A stretch of 56,928 nt of DNA from Gemmatimonadota bacterium (GCA_009841475.1 VXLT01000318.1:1-56928), one strand, 5' to 3'; shown: positions 8,962 through 19,110, counted from the first letter of the stretch. Made by a program: numbers and translations. Notes: generated by a model from the letters alone, not told the origin.

Positions 8962-10839
8962 CGTTGCTCCTTTCTCCCATGCACGGCGTTCGGGCGGGTG
9001 CAGCCCGCCGTGAACCTCGCAATGTAACACCATCCGGTCTGCGGATCCCGAATCGCGCCACTGAGCCCTGGCCGAGAGCTTGCGGGCCGTGCGCCCGGCG
9101 GACGTCTCATGAACGGAGAAACCGCGTGGGGTCAGGCCCGAGGAACGGATCCAAGAATCTTCTCCGCAACCGGTCGGCTTCCCACGCTGTGCTAGGGTCC
9201 CCGCAACTGTAGTCGACGCCGAGCTGGTTGAAGACACAGGTTGGGGTCGGTGCCGGGGGTCCCCCGATGCCCACGCCCATTCGTTTCAGGCCGCCAGAAT
9301 CACCTCACGCTGCACAGCCAACCTAAACGGAGGGCGTGAATCCCGGCAAGGAATCGTCTAAGTTCAACCAGGACTGCACGATCTGCCGTTCGTGCCGTGA
9401 GGTGCTGTACGGGGCTATCGTGCTCCAATAGCGTGAAAGCCGGGTCAATCAGCGGGAGTTCGGCAGGAACCGTCGACGCTACGCTGTCCTTCACATGGGT
9501 TCGGTTTCGCCGACACGAAGGAACGATGCCGTGGGGTTTTGTCCACGGGCTAGAGAAACTCGCATAGGAAGCGACGCGTTCCGGATGACTGGTTCGGTTT
9601 GCTCCGAATTGACGCAGGTCATGGAGGCGGCGAGGTAACGGGCTCGTAGCTCCTCGATCCTCGAGCCTGGAAGCCCCTTTCCTCCACGGTCGCAGATGAC
9701 CGCCTCGCGGTGAGGCCGGGTAGATTCCTCCGTAGACCACGGGATCACGCCCGAGACGTGAGAGTATCCGCCCTCGAAGTCGTCCTCAGTCGGACTCTCG
9801 GTCTTCGGCACGTGTACGTAGAGGCCACCTTCCGGGATCCCCGGTCTCGAAGTGCGGGCCGTCCACCGAGCCCAACCGCACCCAAAACGGTTCGGCATAG
9901 ACCGCGTGGACCGTCGTCCCCGCGCCCGTGGTGACCTCCCGGACTTCGAATCGACATTCCGGCTGGCCGGAGCGGCGGCGGGACGGCCACGACCAGCGCG
10001 GTGATTGAGTAGGCAAGTGAGCGCTTCACTGGGTGTACCTCCAGTCTCAGGGACAACGGTCGCCGGTTCCCTTCCTCTATGCTACCCGGATCCGGACTGA
10101 GGGCGCGAGCGCCGCCCTCCTTCACCGGTCGCGCCTTCGGCTACGGCCAGTATCGCCGCCGTCGGCTACATCGTCCTTTTTGCGCACCGCCTACGGACGC
10201 GACGACGCTGGAGGCGGCCTCGCGGATCGAGGCGCAGACCTGGGAGGGTCTCCCGAAGCTGGACCCGGAAACGCCCGGGTAAGGGCTCGAACCACTATTG
10301 AGAGCATTCGCAGGACCCGGAGGCCCGGATCACGAAGATCAAGCACGGCTGGACTCATCTGGCGCAGGAGGTGGACGTGGACACTGGAGCGGCGGTTGCC
10401 ACCACCGTGCAGACGATGGTCGGCGCCGACACGGCCTCGCTGCCGGTGAAGCTGGACGGGGCGGAGCGGCGGCTGGCGGAGACAGGGACGAGGGGGCCAC
10501 CACTCGACCCGGACCACAACGGACCAAAGAAGCGGGGGTAGCAAAGCTAAAGTGAGCGAACCCGACCGGGGCGGTCGCAGACGGGAGGATTCTCGAGGGG
10601 AGCCGAGCTATCATCCCAGCTTGGGCCACCTTACACTCGCGTGGCGTAACGCGAGTCGCGATCTTGGTCGCTGGCGGCAGATCCGTGCGTGCCCCGGGAG
10701 GAACCCACATCCGGGCTCACCCCCGCCCCTTCAAGCGGTCCCCCTTGCCCCGGTTGCCCAAGTGATCATACGATGCACGTGTGACTGGAAGGAACATCCT
10801 ACCCGTACGAACCCGCATTCCCGAGATTGGGAGGACGAC

Positions 10840-11037
10840 ATGTCGGAGGAAACGCAGGAGCAGCCGCAGCCGGAGGAGAGCCAGAAGGCGCAGGAAGAGC
10901 CAAGACAGGACAACGAGAAAGGATCTTCTGGAGAGTGGGAGTTCACGTCCGACGTCGTCCGGATGACGGATGATGAGGGACCCACGCGACCCACCACCGA
11001 CAAGGGTAGCGGAGCAGGCCGAGGGGATGGCATTTGA
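10840..11037 (+). CDS. Small acidic hypothetical protein (65 aa)
   Basis: ATG at 10840 lies 5 nt after a GGGAGGA RBS. Sequence MSEETQEQPQPEESQKAQEEPRQDNEKGSSGEWEFTSDVVRMTDDEG is hydrophilic and unlike the Arg-rich shadow ORFs around it. A possible TTGCCC-18 nt-TACGAT promoter lies upstream. Confidence 0.4.
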   Translation: MSEETQEQPQPEESQKAQEEPRQDNEKGSSGEWEFTSDVVRMTDDEGPTRPTTDKGSGAGRGDGI

Positions 11038-11177
11038 CCCTTGGGGGTCTGCTCCGAGGCCGTGCGTTCTCAATGGGCCGATTCGGGACGCGGTCCCCGT
11101 CCCACCACTTCCACGACGAGGCTCCGCTGGCGAATCCGAAATGGACCGACACCCAATAGATACGCCGCATCCGTTGC

Positions 11178-11957
11178 GTGGATCCAAGATCGTTGGGGCT
11201 GGCCAACCACTCTCGGAGGGCTACGAACGGACGCGAAATCGACGGCTCGTACGTCGCAACATTCCCCCTGACCCTTTCGGGAGGGCCATCAACCATTAGC
11301 GACGGCAACAACAAGAGACATCTTCTCATTCGACTAACACGCGACCGAACACTGAAGTTATTCCAGTCCTTGTTGCGGAAGCTTCACCGCGCGCTCGACA
11401 GTCTCTCCTTCACCCTCGATAGGCTTATTGTGCCCGACAACCGTGATACCGAGCAAGAGAATGACGGTGACAATGACCGCCGTCCTCGCCCTAGCGCTCC
11501 ACTTGCGTACGATTACGCAATCCAGTCATACGAGATTGCGGCGAATAGACTCAACACGATTCGCGATCGGCTGAGTGGCCTCGCTACCATGATACTGACT
11601 GTTACTCTGGCGGTGGGGACGTTTGCGGAACATGGTAGTGGCATCTCTGCTTGGATCTTCCGCCTTGCACTGATCTGGGGCGGCGTTACTGTACCGGTGG
11701 CGCTCTACAACTTACGGCGGCGAACGCTGCGACAACCGGATCTTGACAAAATGTGGGATGCCACCCACCGAGAGCCCGATGATTTTAAGGCGCGTCTGCT
11801 GCAAGAGACCGTTCGGTGTAGTTCTGTGAACAACCAACGACTAGAGAGATTCCAGACTACCTATGACAGGCTCCTCATTTCGTTTATGATTCAGATCGTG
11901 TTGTTCTTGGTCTCGCTTCTTCTTTCGGGCGAGCCTGTGACCGGTCATGCCAACTAG
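11178..11957 (+). CDS. Hypothetical membrane protein (about 3 TM segments), start uncertain
   Basis: Hydrophobic segments LATMILTVTLAVGTF, ISAWIFRLALIWGGVTVPVALY and LLISFMIQIVLFLVSLLL. The region is visibly less GC-rich than its flanks. The Arg-rich N-terminal 40-50 aa may not be translated. Confidence 0.4.
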   Translation: MDPRSLGLANHSRRATNGREIDGSYVATFPLTLSGGPSTISDGNNKRHLLIRLTRDRTLKLFQSLLRKLHRALDSLSFTLDRLIVPDNRDTEQENDGDNDRRPRPSAPLAYDYAIQSYEIAANRLNTIRDRLSGLATMILTVTLAVGTFAEHGSGISAWIFRLALIWGGVTVPVALYNLRRRTLRQPDLDKMWDATHREPDDFKARLLQETVRCSSVNNQRLERFQTTYDRLLISFMIQIVLFLVSLLLSGEPVTGHAN

Positions 11958-12687
11958 AGACATGCGTGGCCTTAGTGTAAGCAGGCGCGAAAGGTCCCTG
12001 CTGGCCACGGTGGCCGCAGTCGAGGCCGGTCCATCCGTACGTCTTCCGACAAGGCCTAAGACACTTGACTGCACGGCTCGAACGCCCGACTTGTCACCGC
12101 AGCATTGATTCCCCTCAGGCTCCATTCCGCGGTGCTCTCGCCATACGCGTCCGTCATGCGCACCGCAAACACCGCGGCGTTGCGCATCTGCTCAAATGAT
12201 CGCCCCATTGTCCTCGCCGAAAAAGAGGGTCCTACCACTGTACCAGAGCGTCCGTTCTTCCTCGCTGTCGTCGAAAACCAAGACTACGTTCCGGTATTGC
12301 GAGCGGATGGTTACCTGGCACCATTACGAAGTCTACCCCATATGCGCAGCGTTCCGGATTCGTGTGAGTTCACGGAGCAACTGAGCATGAGCTCCGGCAC
12401 GTCGGATCTCGTAGGCCACCAGTCCATTGAAGACGGATCGCCGCAGTCGATCCCGATGCTCTCCAACTCTTTGCACACACCTGGCAGATGGCCAAGACTT
12501 CGCCTCGAGTGTCGCCCATCCCGATGTTCCCATGCCATCGACTTCCCATGTGCCTCTTGAACGGATCGCTACCACCAGCAACACCCCGGCAACCCCAATC
12601 GCGGTCACGGCCGCCTTTACGCGTGGGCTCACAGATCGCCATCTGCCTGCAACAAGAGATCCACACATAACGCTTGCCCGCTCCGGA

Positions 12688-13764
12688 TCAAAGGGAAAGG
12701 TCAAAGACAGCGACGAAGGGCGCGTGATCAGATTCCGGGTACTTCATGTCGACAGCGAACGGCAGACTCTCGTCGTGCAGACCTTCGTTGTGAATCGCCA
12801 CGCAACACAAGTGCGCCAACAACGGTTTCGACACCAGTATATGGTCCAAGAGGTTGCCTTCTCCGTGATGCAAGTGAGTGAACCTGAGCGACTCGGGCAC
12901 CATCTCACTGCAGGCAATCATGACGCGCTTTCTTAGCGCGGGATTGCCTGTATTCTCAACCCGTCCGCAGATGGCCTCGATCGGCACTTCTCCGGGCTCG
13001 GCGTTGAGGTCCCCACACACCAGCACTTTCGCATCTGGTTCGTCGTCGAAGATAGTGTCCAAAAGTACTCTTGTTTCCAGCGCCTGGCCGACCCGCTTTA
13101 TCGACGAAAGAAAGTAGCCTTCTGCCCATCCGGCTGCGGAACGCCACAACCACCATTGCTCTTCGTCGATCTGGCCCTTTATCTTCGACGGCAATCGCGA
13201 TTTGAGATGTAGGTTTATGATATGTAGCTTATGCTTCTGTTTCCCCGAGTCTACGGTAATCGTCGCATGAAGAATCGGGCGTTCCCAACTAATCATCGCA
13301 TTCGGTTGCTCGCCCTCCTCTGCCTCTTCAGCTTTCTTCTCGGTGACCGGCACATACATCAGTTTGTCAATCCACTTGTTCCTGTACTGACTGCACGAAT
13401 CAAAGGGGAAACGCGAGAGGATCACCAAGTTGCGTTTTGCACGCGGAACCCCTTCGTGGTCGGGAAGCGACGTCCAATACGGATGATAGTTCTCGTAGAT
13501 GGTTGTCTTTAGCAGCTCGTTGAGGGCACCCAGTTCTCTCTTCGGGTTGTCCTCAGTATGTCCATCTAAGTTCTCAGCATGGACTTCCTGCAAACACAGG
13601 ACATCGGCCCGGAGTCGAGCTAGTACTCTTCTGAGTTCGTCCTGCCTAGCGTGCACCCCAGGATTGTTTTTCCGATCCTCGAAGGTGAGGTTCTCGATGT
13701 TGAAGGTCGCGATTCGGAGCATTCGGTCGTCCTCAGCGTTAGCGTGATAACCATGCTGTGTCAT
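12688..13764 (-). CDS. Endonuclease/exonuclease/phosphatase (EEP) family protein
   Basis: EEP motifs LRIATFNIENL, DVLCLQEVH, VLVCGDLNAEPGE and C-terminal PESDHAPFVAVFDL. Lower-GC codon usage. Confidence 0.85.
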   Translation of the reverse strand: MTQHGYHANAEDDRMLRIATFNIENLTFEDRKNNPGVHARQDELRRVLARLRADVLCLQEVHAENLDGHTEDNPKRELGALNELLKTTIYENYHPYWTSLPDHEGVPRAKRNLVILSRFPFDSCSQYRNKWIDKLMYVPVTEKKAEEAEEGEQPNAMISWERPILHATITVDSGKQKHKLHIINLHLKSRLPSKIKGQIDEEQWWLWRSAAGWAEGYFLSSIKRVGQALETRVLLDTIFDDEPDAKVLVCGDLNAEPGEVPIEAICGRVENTGNPALRKRVMIACSEMVPESLRFTHLHHGEGNLLDHILVSKPLLAHLCCVAIHNEGLHDESLPFAVDMKYPESDHAPFVAVFDLSL

Positions 13765-13869
13765 CTAGCCCTGCATCGGCAATGGGGACCGTACGGTCTA
13801 ACCTAACGTTCTTGCCGCATGGGTCGACATCTGGGCCCAATCGTGCTGACATCACCGAAGAATGGCCAC

Positions 13870-15135
13870 TAGTAGGGTATGTGGACGCCCCGGAATGCGC
13901 AATCCCGGGGGTCGGCGTCCGAGTCGGTGGCATCCGGGTGAGCTAGTGTCAGATGTACCGCTTCCTCACAGTAGCCTACCCCCTGGCCGGGGGTCCGATG
14001 CGTGAGTAGACCAGGTCGGTGGTTTCGAAACGAAAAGGAGACGGGGGAGGCCACGGCCAGCGAGATGTCAAGGCGCGCTCATCATCGGGCGTTCGATGGC
14101 CATGCCCAAGTCCCCACGTGGCCACCCGAATGACCGCACGCTGTACAGGCACGGCCACCGGCGCTCGTCCGCGGGCTGGTGGCAGCAGGTAGTACCCGAG
14201 AGACCGACGCACTCGACCATCCGGAGGGCCGTCCCAGATTGTCCGAGCAGTGGCGGCTGAGTCTGATCGGTTGGAAGACCTCGCGCTCTCGGTGCTTGCC
14301 CGAGGGACGCTCGACACTGTTCCGAAGCCGAGGGTCGCCCCAGGTCAGCGGGCGGGTGGATCCTCGACAATGGCATTCTCATGTTGGATGCTGTCGGCTT
14401 GGCTCATCACCGCCGTGGCCGCCAACCGGCGGACATGCGCCTGCGCGGGCAGGTGGCGGCGATCATAGTCCCAGGCTTCGCCCGCCAGTTCGCGGGCGAG
14501 GGTGCGGAGCCTCTCGATGGTCGTCATCCAGTGGTCCTCGGGGGTCTGTGGCTGCTGGTATTTACCGGTCTTGAGGGGTCTGGGGGGTCGATACAATCGC
14601 CCATCATCGATCCATCATCACCGGGCCACGGCTCGCCTAGAGAGGCCAGTTCGTGCGGATTCCGATCACCCCTTGGTCGAGCGGGCGGGCGGGCTGGAGA
14701 ACCTGACGCAGCGGCCACCGCCAGCCGTTCATCCGTTGCGAGCGCGCCTTCACCCGTTTCCGGGGCTCGACCATCCACGCGAGAATGTCGAGTTCCTCGG
14801 CCGGAATCCCCGAAACCGGGTCCCTACCCCTCCCGGGGGGTCGAGTTCGTGCGTTACAGGCGATCCTGCGGGCTTGAATCTCGCCCCTCCGCCCCCAAGA
14901 CGACCAGAATGGACGTGAGAGCGGTTTTGTTACCGGTCTCGACGGGATGGGAGGGTGGCATTGCCCGGATGTCTGACACCCAGTCGGCCAGAGGCCCGCC
15001 TACGGGCGGATCCTCAAGCCCTCGCCGGTCAAGACCAAGCTCCCGGCTGGCCGGTCCGTCGAGGACCATGTCCGGTCGGCCCGTCGGCCACGGACGGGGC
15101 AGGGGCTCAGGAGCCGCTCGTGTGGCCATGGTAGT
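13870..15135 (-). pseudogene. Heavily decayed IS701-like (DDE) transposase remnant
   Basis: The minus-strand reading frame is broken over at least 4 frames. Fragments: MATRAAPEP...LADWVSDIRA; VEPRKRVKARSQRMNGWRWPLRQ (compare ERKNGWQLAE); DQGVIGIRTNWPL (compare GVLIVDETGF); LGYYLLPPARGRAPVA and RRWPCLYSVRSFGW (compare RELYLPESW). Family assignment is tentative. Confidence 0.35.
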
Positions 15136-15226
15136 TGCGGGAATCCGCATTCCGGTCAGCCCCAACCATCGGGGGATGGCGGAGGCACACTTGATCGCGG
15201 CCCCTCGCGCAGACGCTGGTAACGGG

Positions 15227-16237
15227 CTAGTCGCTACGGCTCCACACGGTTACAAGCGTGTCAGCCGCCACGACAAGATGGTCTCGGGTCACCGATATGG
15301 CCGTCACGGACGGTGTCGGGATTGGGATGGAGTATTGGTACTGGCCTCGCTCAGCTTCGTACACATCGACCAAATACGTGCCCTCGCCGTGGGCAAGCAC
15401 ATACACCGTGTCCCGGCGGGCGACGAGGCCGAATGACGCCCCAATCCGGTCTTCCGGCGCGATCATGAAAGCACCGTCCTGGCTGACCGGAGTTGGGAAG
15501 GGCTGCTCTACGATCGTGCTCCCCAGATAGCGCCGCGCACCATCGTCAGCGGACCAACGGCCGAGGAATCCGCCGTAGGCACCGCTGTAGAAGATACTCG
15601 ATGCGTTCGCGTCGACGAATCCCCAGAGCGCAATCGCGCTCTCAAATCCCTGATCGTCTGCCACCCGGCCGAAGTCGTTCACGACGGTGCCGCTACGGGT
15701 CACCCGCCGAAACAGCAGGCTGTCCAACACCATGAGAACCACATCGTCGTCCGGGGTGAGTTCGAAGGCTGTAGCGTTCCCTGGCACTCTGATCGTCTCT
15801 ACCAACTCGGCCGCCTGATCGAACACCTGGATTCGGCCTTGCGCCGGGTCCAGCGTCCAAACCCGACCCGTCGCATCCACTTCGAAATCGCTGAGGGAGA
15901 GGAATTCCCCAGGACCCTGGCCTTCGCCAGTCCCGTAATCACGGATGAAATCACCCTCAAGAGTGAACTGCCGGACAAGGGGCGCACCGAAGTCCATGAC
16001 ATAGACGTGATCCTCCTCTGCGGATACAGCGAGCCTCATTGGGTTCGCCAGCCCCCACGGCACTGCTCCCAGGTAGGCTACTGCCGTTTCAGGCGGGTCC
16101 ACAAGGACGCGCTCGGAGGAACGCGTCGCCACCTCCTCGGACGCCGCCTCGTCGCGTTCACACGCACCGAGGATCGCCCAACACGCTGCTGCAGTCGCCA
16201 CGGCGCAGCGCGCCCCGGATGCGACGCCCGTAGACAT
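15227..16237 (-). CDS. Six-bladed beta-propeller (NHL-like) lipoprotein, paralog 1
   Basis: Lipobox AILGAC. Family signature DYGTGEGQGPGEF. The DVYE and TVW repeat character is shared with the five other paralogs. Confidence 0.75.
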   Translation of the reverse strand: MSTGVASGARCAVATAAACWAILGACERDEAASEEVATRSSERVLVDPPETAVAYLGAVPWGLANPMRLAVSAEEDHVYVMDFGAPLVRQFTLEGDFIRDYGTGEGQGPGEFLSLSDFEVDATGRVWTLDPAQGRIQVFDQAAELVETIRVPGNATAFELTPDDDVVLMVLDSLLFRRVTRSGTVVNDFGRVADDQGFESAIALWGFVDANASSIFYSGAYGGFLGRWSADDGARRYLGSTIVEQPFPTPVSQDGAFMIAPEDRIGASFGLVARRDTVYVLAHGEGTYLVDVYEAERGQYQYSIPIPTPSVTAISVTRDHLVVAADTLVTVWSRSD

Positions 16238-16249
16238 CGTCCCGCTTTG

Positions 16250-16552
16250 TTACTTCTTCGGCGGCTCGACGACGGGGGCCGGACCCAAGCAAGTGACGTT
16301 GTGCCCGTCAACGACTGCGTTCGCACACGGATGGAGCCCAGGTGCGCAGAGCTTCGGGCAGAGGGGCCCATCATCCTCGCTCGCGCAGAGACCGGTCGTC
16401 AGTGGCGATCCGGCCGGTAGCGTTGGGAGGAAGGCCGCAGCCGCAGCAACGGCAACGCCGACGGCGGCGACGCGGAACGGTCGGCGGTCGGTTGTGAACA
16501 GCGCCAAGCACGTAGCCGTGAAGGCGCGAACGGTGTGGATAACGGTATTCAT
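16250..16552 (-). CDS. Small Cys-rich secreted protein (100 aa)
   Basis: Internal ATG at 16552 follows an AAGAGGAGGA RBS. It has a hydrophobic leader (AAVGVAVAAAAAF). The mature part, LCASEDDGPLCPKLCAPGLHPCANAVVDGHNVTC, has 5 Cys. It ends 13 nt before the propeller gene start. Confidence 0.6.
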   Translation of the reverse strand: MNTVIHTVRAFTATCLALFTTDRRPFRVAAVGVAVAAAAAFLPTLPAGSPLTTGLCASEDDGPLCPKLCAPGLHPCANAVVDGHNVTCLGPAPVVEPPKK

Positions 16553-16586
16553 CGTGGCTGTCCTCCTCTTGGACGTGGGGTGCGAT

Positions 16587-16682
16587 CTTCGATGGGAATC
16601 ACCCACCGAACTCGTAGTCACAGTATGGCGACTGAGTGTGCTCTCGTCAAGACGGATATTCCATGAGGATCGCGAATTGTGA
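16587..16682 (-). promoter_or_regulatory. 96-nt promoter/leader module, copy A (-35 TTGACG at 16650-16645, -10 CATACT at 16627-16622)
   Basis: Its reverse complement aligns with 19621-19716. The 64 nt from TTGAC onward have 5 mismatches. The upstream 32 nt share TCACAATT and CATGGA blocks. Confidence 0.65.
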
Positions 16683-16800
16683 AGAATACTGCCCCATTTA
16701 CGCCTGAATCCCATTCTAGCGTATGCCTTGTACATGTCTATTTGTTCTGTTATTGTGTTGTCACCGTGACGTGACAAACTCGACCTAGGAGGGCTGACCG

Positions 16801-19110
16801 TTGAACGATTCCCGCGAACCGGCTCCAGAGCGCGAAGGCCGGGAGGACCGCGAATCCGCCGTGATCGCAGCGATCCTGCGCGTCGGCGCGAGCCTCGACC
16901 TCGACACCGTGCTGCGCGAGGCCCTTGAGGGCGCCCGCGCACTCACCGGCGCGCGTTACGGCGCCATCTACGCCCCGACCGTTCCGGACAGCCCCGTCAA
17001 CTTCGTCACCTCCGGCCTGACGCCGGAGGAACACGGAACGCTGGCCGCGTGGCCCGACGGGCTCCGGCTCTTCGAACACCTGCGCGACCTTGAGGCGCCG
17101 CGGAGACTGCCGGATCTGGCGGCCTTCGCCCGCTCGCTCGGATGCTCGCCGCTCCCGCTCCCGTGCCGGGCCTTGCTGGCCACGCCGATGCGTCACAGGG
17201 ACACGCCCGAGGGCGGCTTCTTCCTTGCGGAGAAGGAGAGCGGGTTCTCGGACGGAGACGAGGCGGCGCTGGCGCTGTTCGCGCAGCAGGCGGCAGCGGC
17301 CATCGCCCACGCCCGCGCGCACAGCGACGAGCGGCGCGCCCGGGCCAAAATGGAGGCGCTGGTCGAGACCTCGCCTGTCGGTGTCGTCGTGTTCGACACC
17401 ATGACCGGAGCGCCACTGTCGTTCAACCGGGAGGCGAAGCGCATCGTGGACGGGCTCCTCACGCCGGAGCGCCCCATCGAGCGGCTTCCGGAGGCGGTGA
17501 CCTGCCGGCGGGGCGACGGAAGCGAGGTCACACTCGCCGATCTCGGCACCGCCGAGCGGGTGCGCGCCGAGGAGGTGGAACTCTCGGTGCCCGGAGGGCG
17601 GAGCGTCCGCACGCTGCTCGACGCGACCCCGATCCGCTCCCCGGAGGGCTCGGTCGAGACGGTGGTGGTGACCATCCAGGATCTGGCCCCGTTCGAAGCG
17701 CTGGCGCGGTCGCGGGCGGAGTTCCTGGAGCTGGTGAGCCATGAACTCAGGGCGCCGCTTGCCGCCATCAAGGGCTCGGCGACGACGGCGCTGGGAGACT
17801 CCCGCGAGCCCGACCGGGCGGAGCTGCGCCAGTTCCTGCGCATCGTCGAGGAGCAGGCCGACCGCATGGACGGGCTGATCGCCGATCTGATGGACGCCGG
17901 GCGCATCGGTGCGGGTACGCTGCCGGTGGACGCGGCGCCCGAGGAGGTCGGCGGCCTCGTGGAGCGGGCGCGCGGGGCGTTCGCCGGCCGGGGCGGGAGG
18001 CACTCCGTCGTCGTCGACCTGCCGCCGGACCTTCCCGCGGTGATGGCCGACGGGCGGCGCGTCGTTCAGGTGCTCGACAACCTGCTTGCGAACGCAGCGC
18101 GGCACTCGCCGGAGACCTCGCCCATCCGGGTGGCGGCGGCGCACGACGAGGCGCATGTCTGGATCTCGGTTGCCGACGAGGGCGACGGGTTGGCACCGGA
18201 CGCGCTGCTCCACCTGTTCCGCCGCCACACGGGCGCTGATCCCCGGGGCCGGGGGTCCGGCCTGGGGCTTGTCATATGCAAGGGGCTGGTGGAGGCGCAC
18301 GGCGGGCGCATCCGGGCCGAGAGCGGCGGGCCGGGCCGGGGCACGCGCGTCGTGTTCACGCTTCCCGTGATGGAGGCGGAGCCGGATGCCTTGGCGAGCG
18401 CCTCCGAGCCGCCGCGGCGGGCGCGGGAGCGGACACCCATCCTCGTGGTGGACGACGATCCCAATTCGTTGCGGCAGGTGCGCGGCGCGCTCGCGGCGGC
18501 GGGCTACGCCCCCGTCGTCACCGCGGAACCGGGCAAGGTGTCCCGTCTTGTCGAGACCCGCAAGCCTCGTCTGGTCCTGCTGGACCTCGTGCTGCCCGGC
18601 ACCGACGGCATCAGGCTGATGGAAACGCTCCCGGCACTCGCCGGACTGCCGGTGATCCTCATCTCCGCGTACGGGCGCGGCGACACCGTCGCGAGGGCGC
18701 TGGAGGCCGGTGCCGCCGACTACATCGTCAAGCCGTTCTCGCCGGCCGAACTCGTGGCGCGCGTCAAGCTGGCGTTGCGCAGGCGTGCCGGACCCGGGCG
18801 CGAGCCCTTCATGCTCGGCGACCTCGCCATCGACTACGAGAAGCGCCGCGTGACCGTGGCCGGCCGTCCGGTGCGCCTCACCGCCACCGAATACGGGCTG
18901 CTGCGCGCCCTTTCGCTCAACGCGGGCGGCGTGACGACCTACGACGCCCTCTGGCGCCAGGTCTGGGGAGAGCACGCACCCAGCAGCGCGCAGCCGGTGC
19001 GCACTGCCGTGAAAAAGCTCCGCCGAAAGCTCGGCGACCAGGCGAGGAAGCCGACTTACATCTTCACCGAGCGCGGCGTCGGCTATCGCATGCCGACAGC
19101 GTCCCATTAG
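16801..19110 (+). CDS. Single-polypeptide hybrid two-component regulator: GAF-PAS-HisKA-HATPase_c-REC-OmpR/PhoB winged helix
   Basis: GAF-like region (ILRVGASLDLDTVLREALEGARALTGARYGAI). PAS (SPVGVVVFDTMTGAPLSFNREAKRIV). H-box FLELVSHELRAPLAAI. G2 GSGLGLVICKGLVEAHGGRI. REC ILVVDDDP...LVLLDLVLPGTDG. Trans_reg_C LTATEYGLLRAL...YIFTERGVGYRM. TTG start after a TAGGAGGG RBS. Confidence 0.85.
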   Translation: MNDSREPAPEREGREDRESAVIAAILRVGASLDLDTVLREALEGARALTGARYGAIYAPTVPDSPVNFVTSGLTPEEHGTLAAWPDGLRLFEHLRDLEAPRRLPDLAAFARSLGCSPLPLPCRALLATPMRHRDTPEGGFFLAEKESGFSDGDEAALALFAQQAAAAIAHARAHSDERRARAKMEALVETSPVGVVVFDTMTGAPLSFNREAKRIVDGLLTPERPIERLPEAVTCRRGDGSEVTLADLGTAERVRAEEVELSVPGGRSVRTLLDATPIRSPEGSVETVVVTIQDLAPFEALARSRAEFLELVSHELRAPLAAIKGSATTALGDSREPDRAELRQFLRIVEEQADRMDGLIADLMDAGRIGAGTLPVDAAPEEVGGLVERARGAFAGRGGRHSVVVDLPPDLPAVMADGRRVVQVLDNLLANAARHSPETSPIRVAAAHDEAHVWISVADEGDGLAPDALLHLFRRHTGADPRGRGSGLGLVICKGLVEAHGGRIRAESGGPGRGTRVVFTLPVMEAEPDALASASEPPRRARERTPILVVDDDPNSLRQVRGALAAAGYAPVVTAEPGKVSRLVETRKPRLVLLDLVLPGTDGIRLMETLPALAGLPVILISAYGRGDTVARALEAGAADYIVKPFSPAELVARVKLALRRRAGPGREPFMLGDLAIDYEKRRVTVAGRPVRLTATEYGLLRALSLNAGGVTTYDALWRQVWGEHAPSSAQPVRTAVKKLRRKLGDQARKPTYIFTERGVGYRMPTASH

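Noticed and set aside
9240-10130. Possible large structured ncRNA (tmRNA, RNase P or group II intron-like) in the ORF-free region.
   Set aside because: I found no tRNA-like 3' end, tag ORF, or conserved RNase P or intron domain V-like motifs. The sequence instead carries protein-like, GC3-biased text in shifting frames, which points to a decayed coding sequence. An Infernal scan would settle it.
14381-15436. 351-aa plus-strand ORF, and the neighbouring 14179-14918 ORFs.
   Set aside because: The composition is Arg/Gly/Pro-rich and low in complexity. The same DNA read on the minus strand gives transposase-like fragments and then the 3' end of a propeller gene. I treat them as non-coding.
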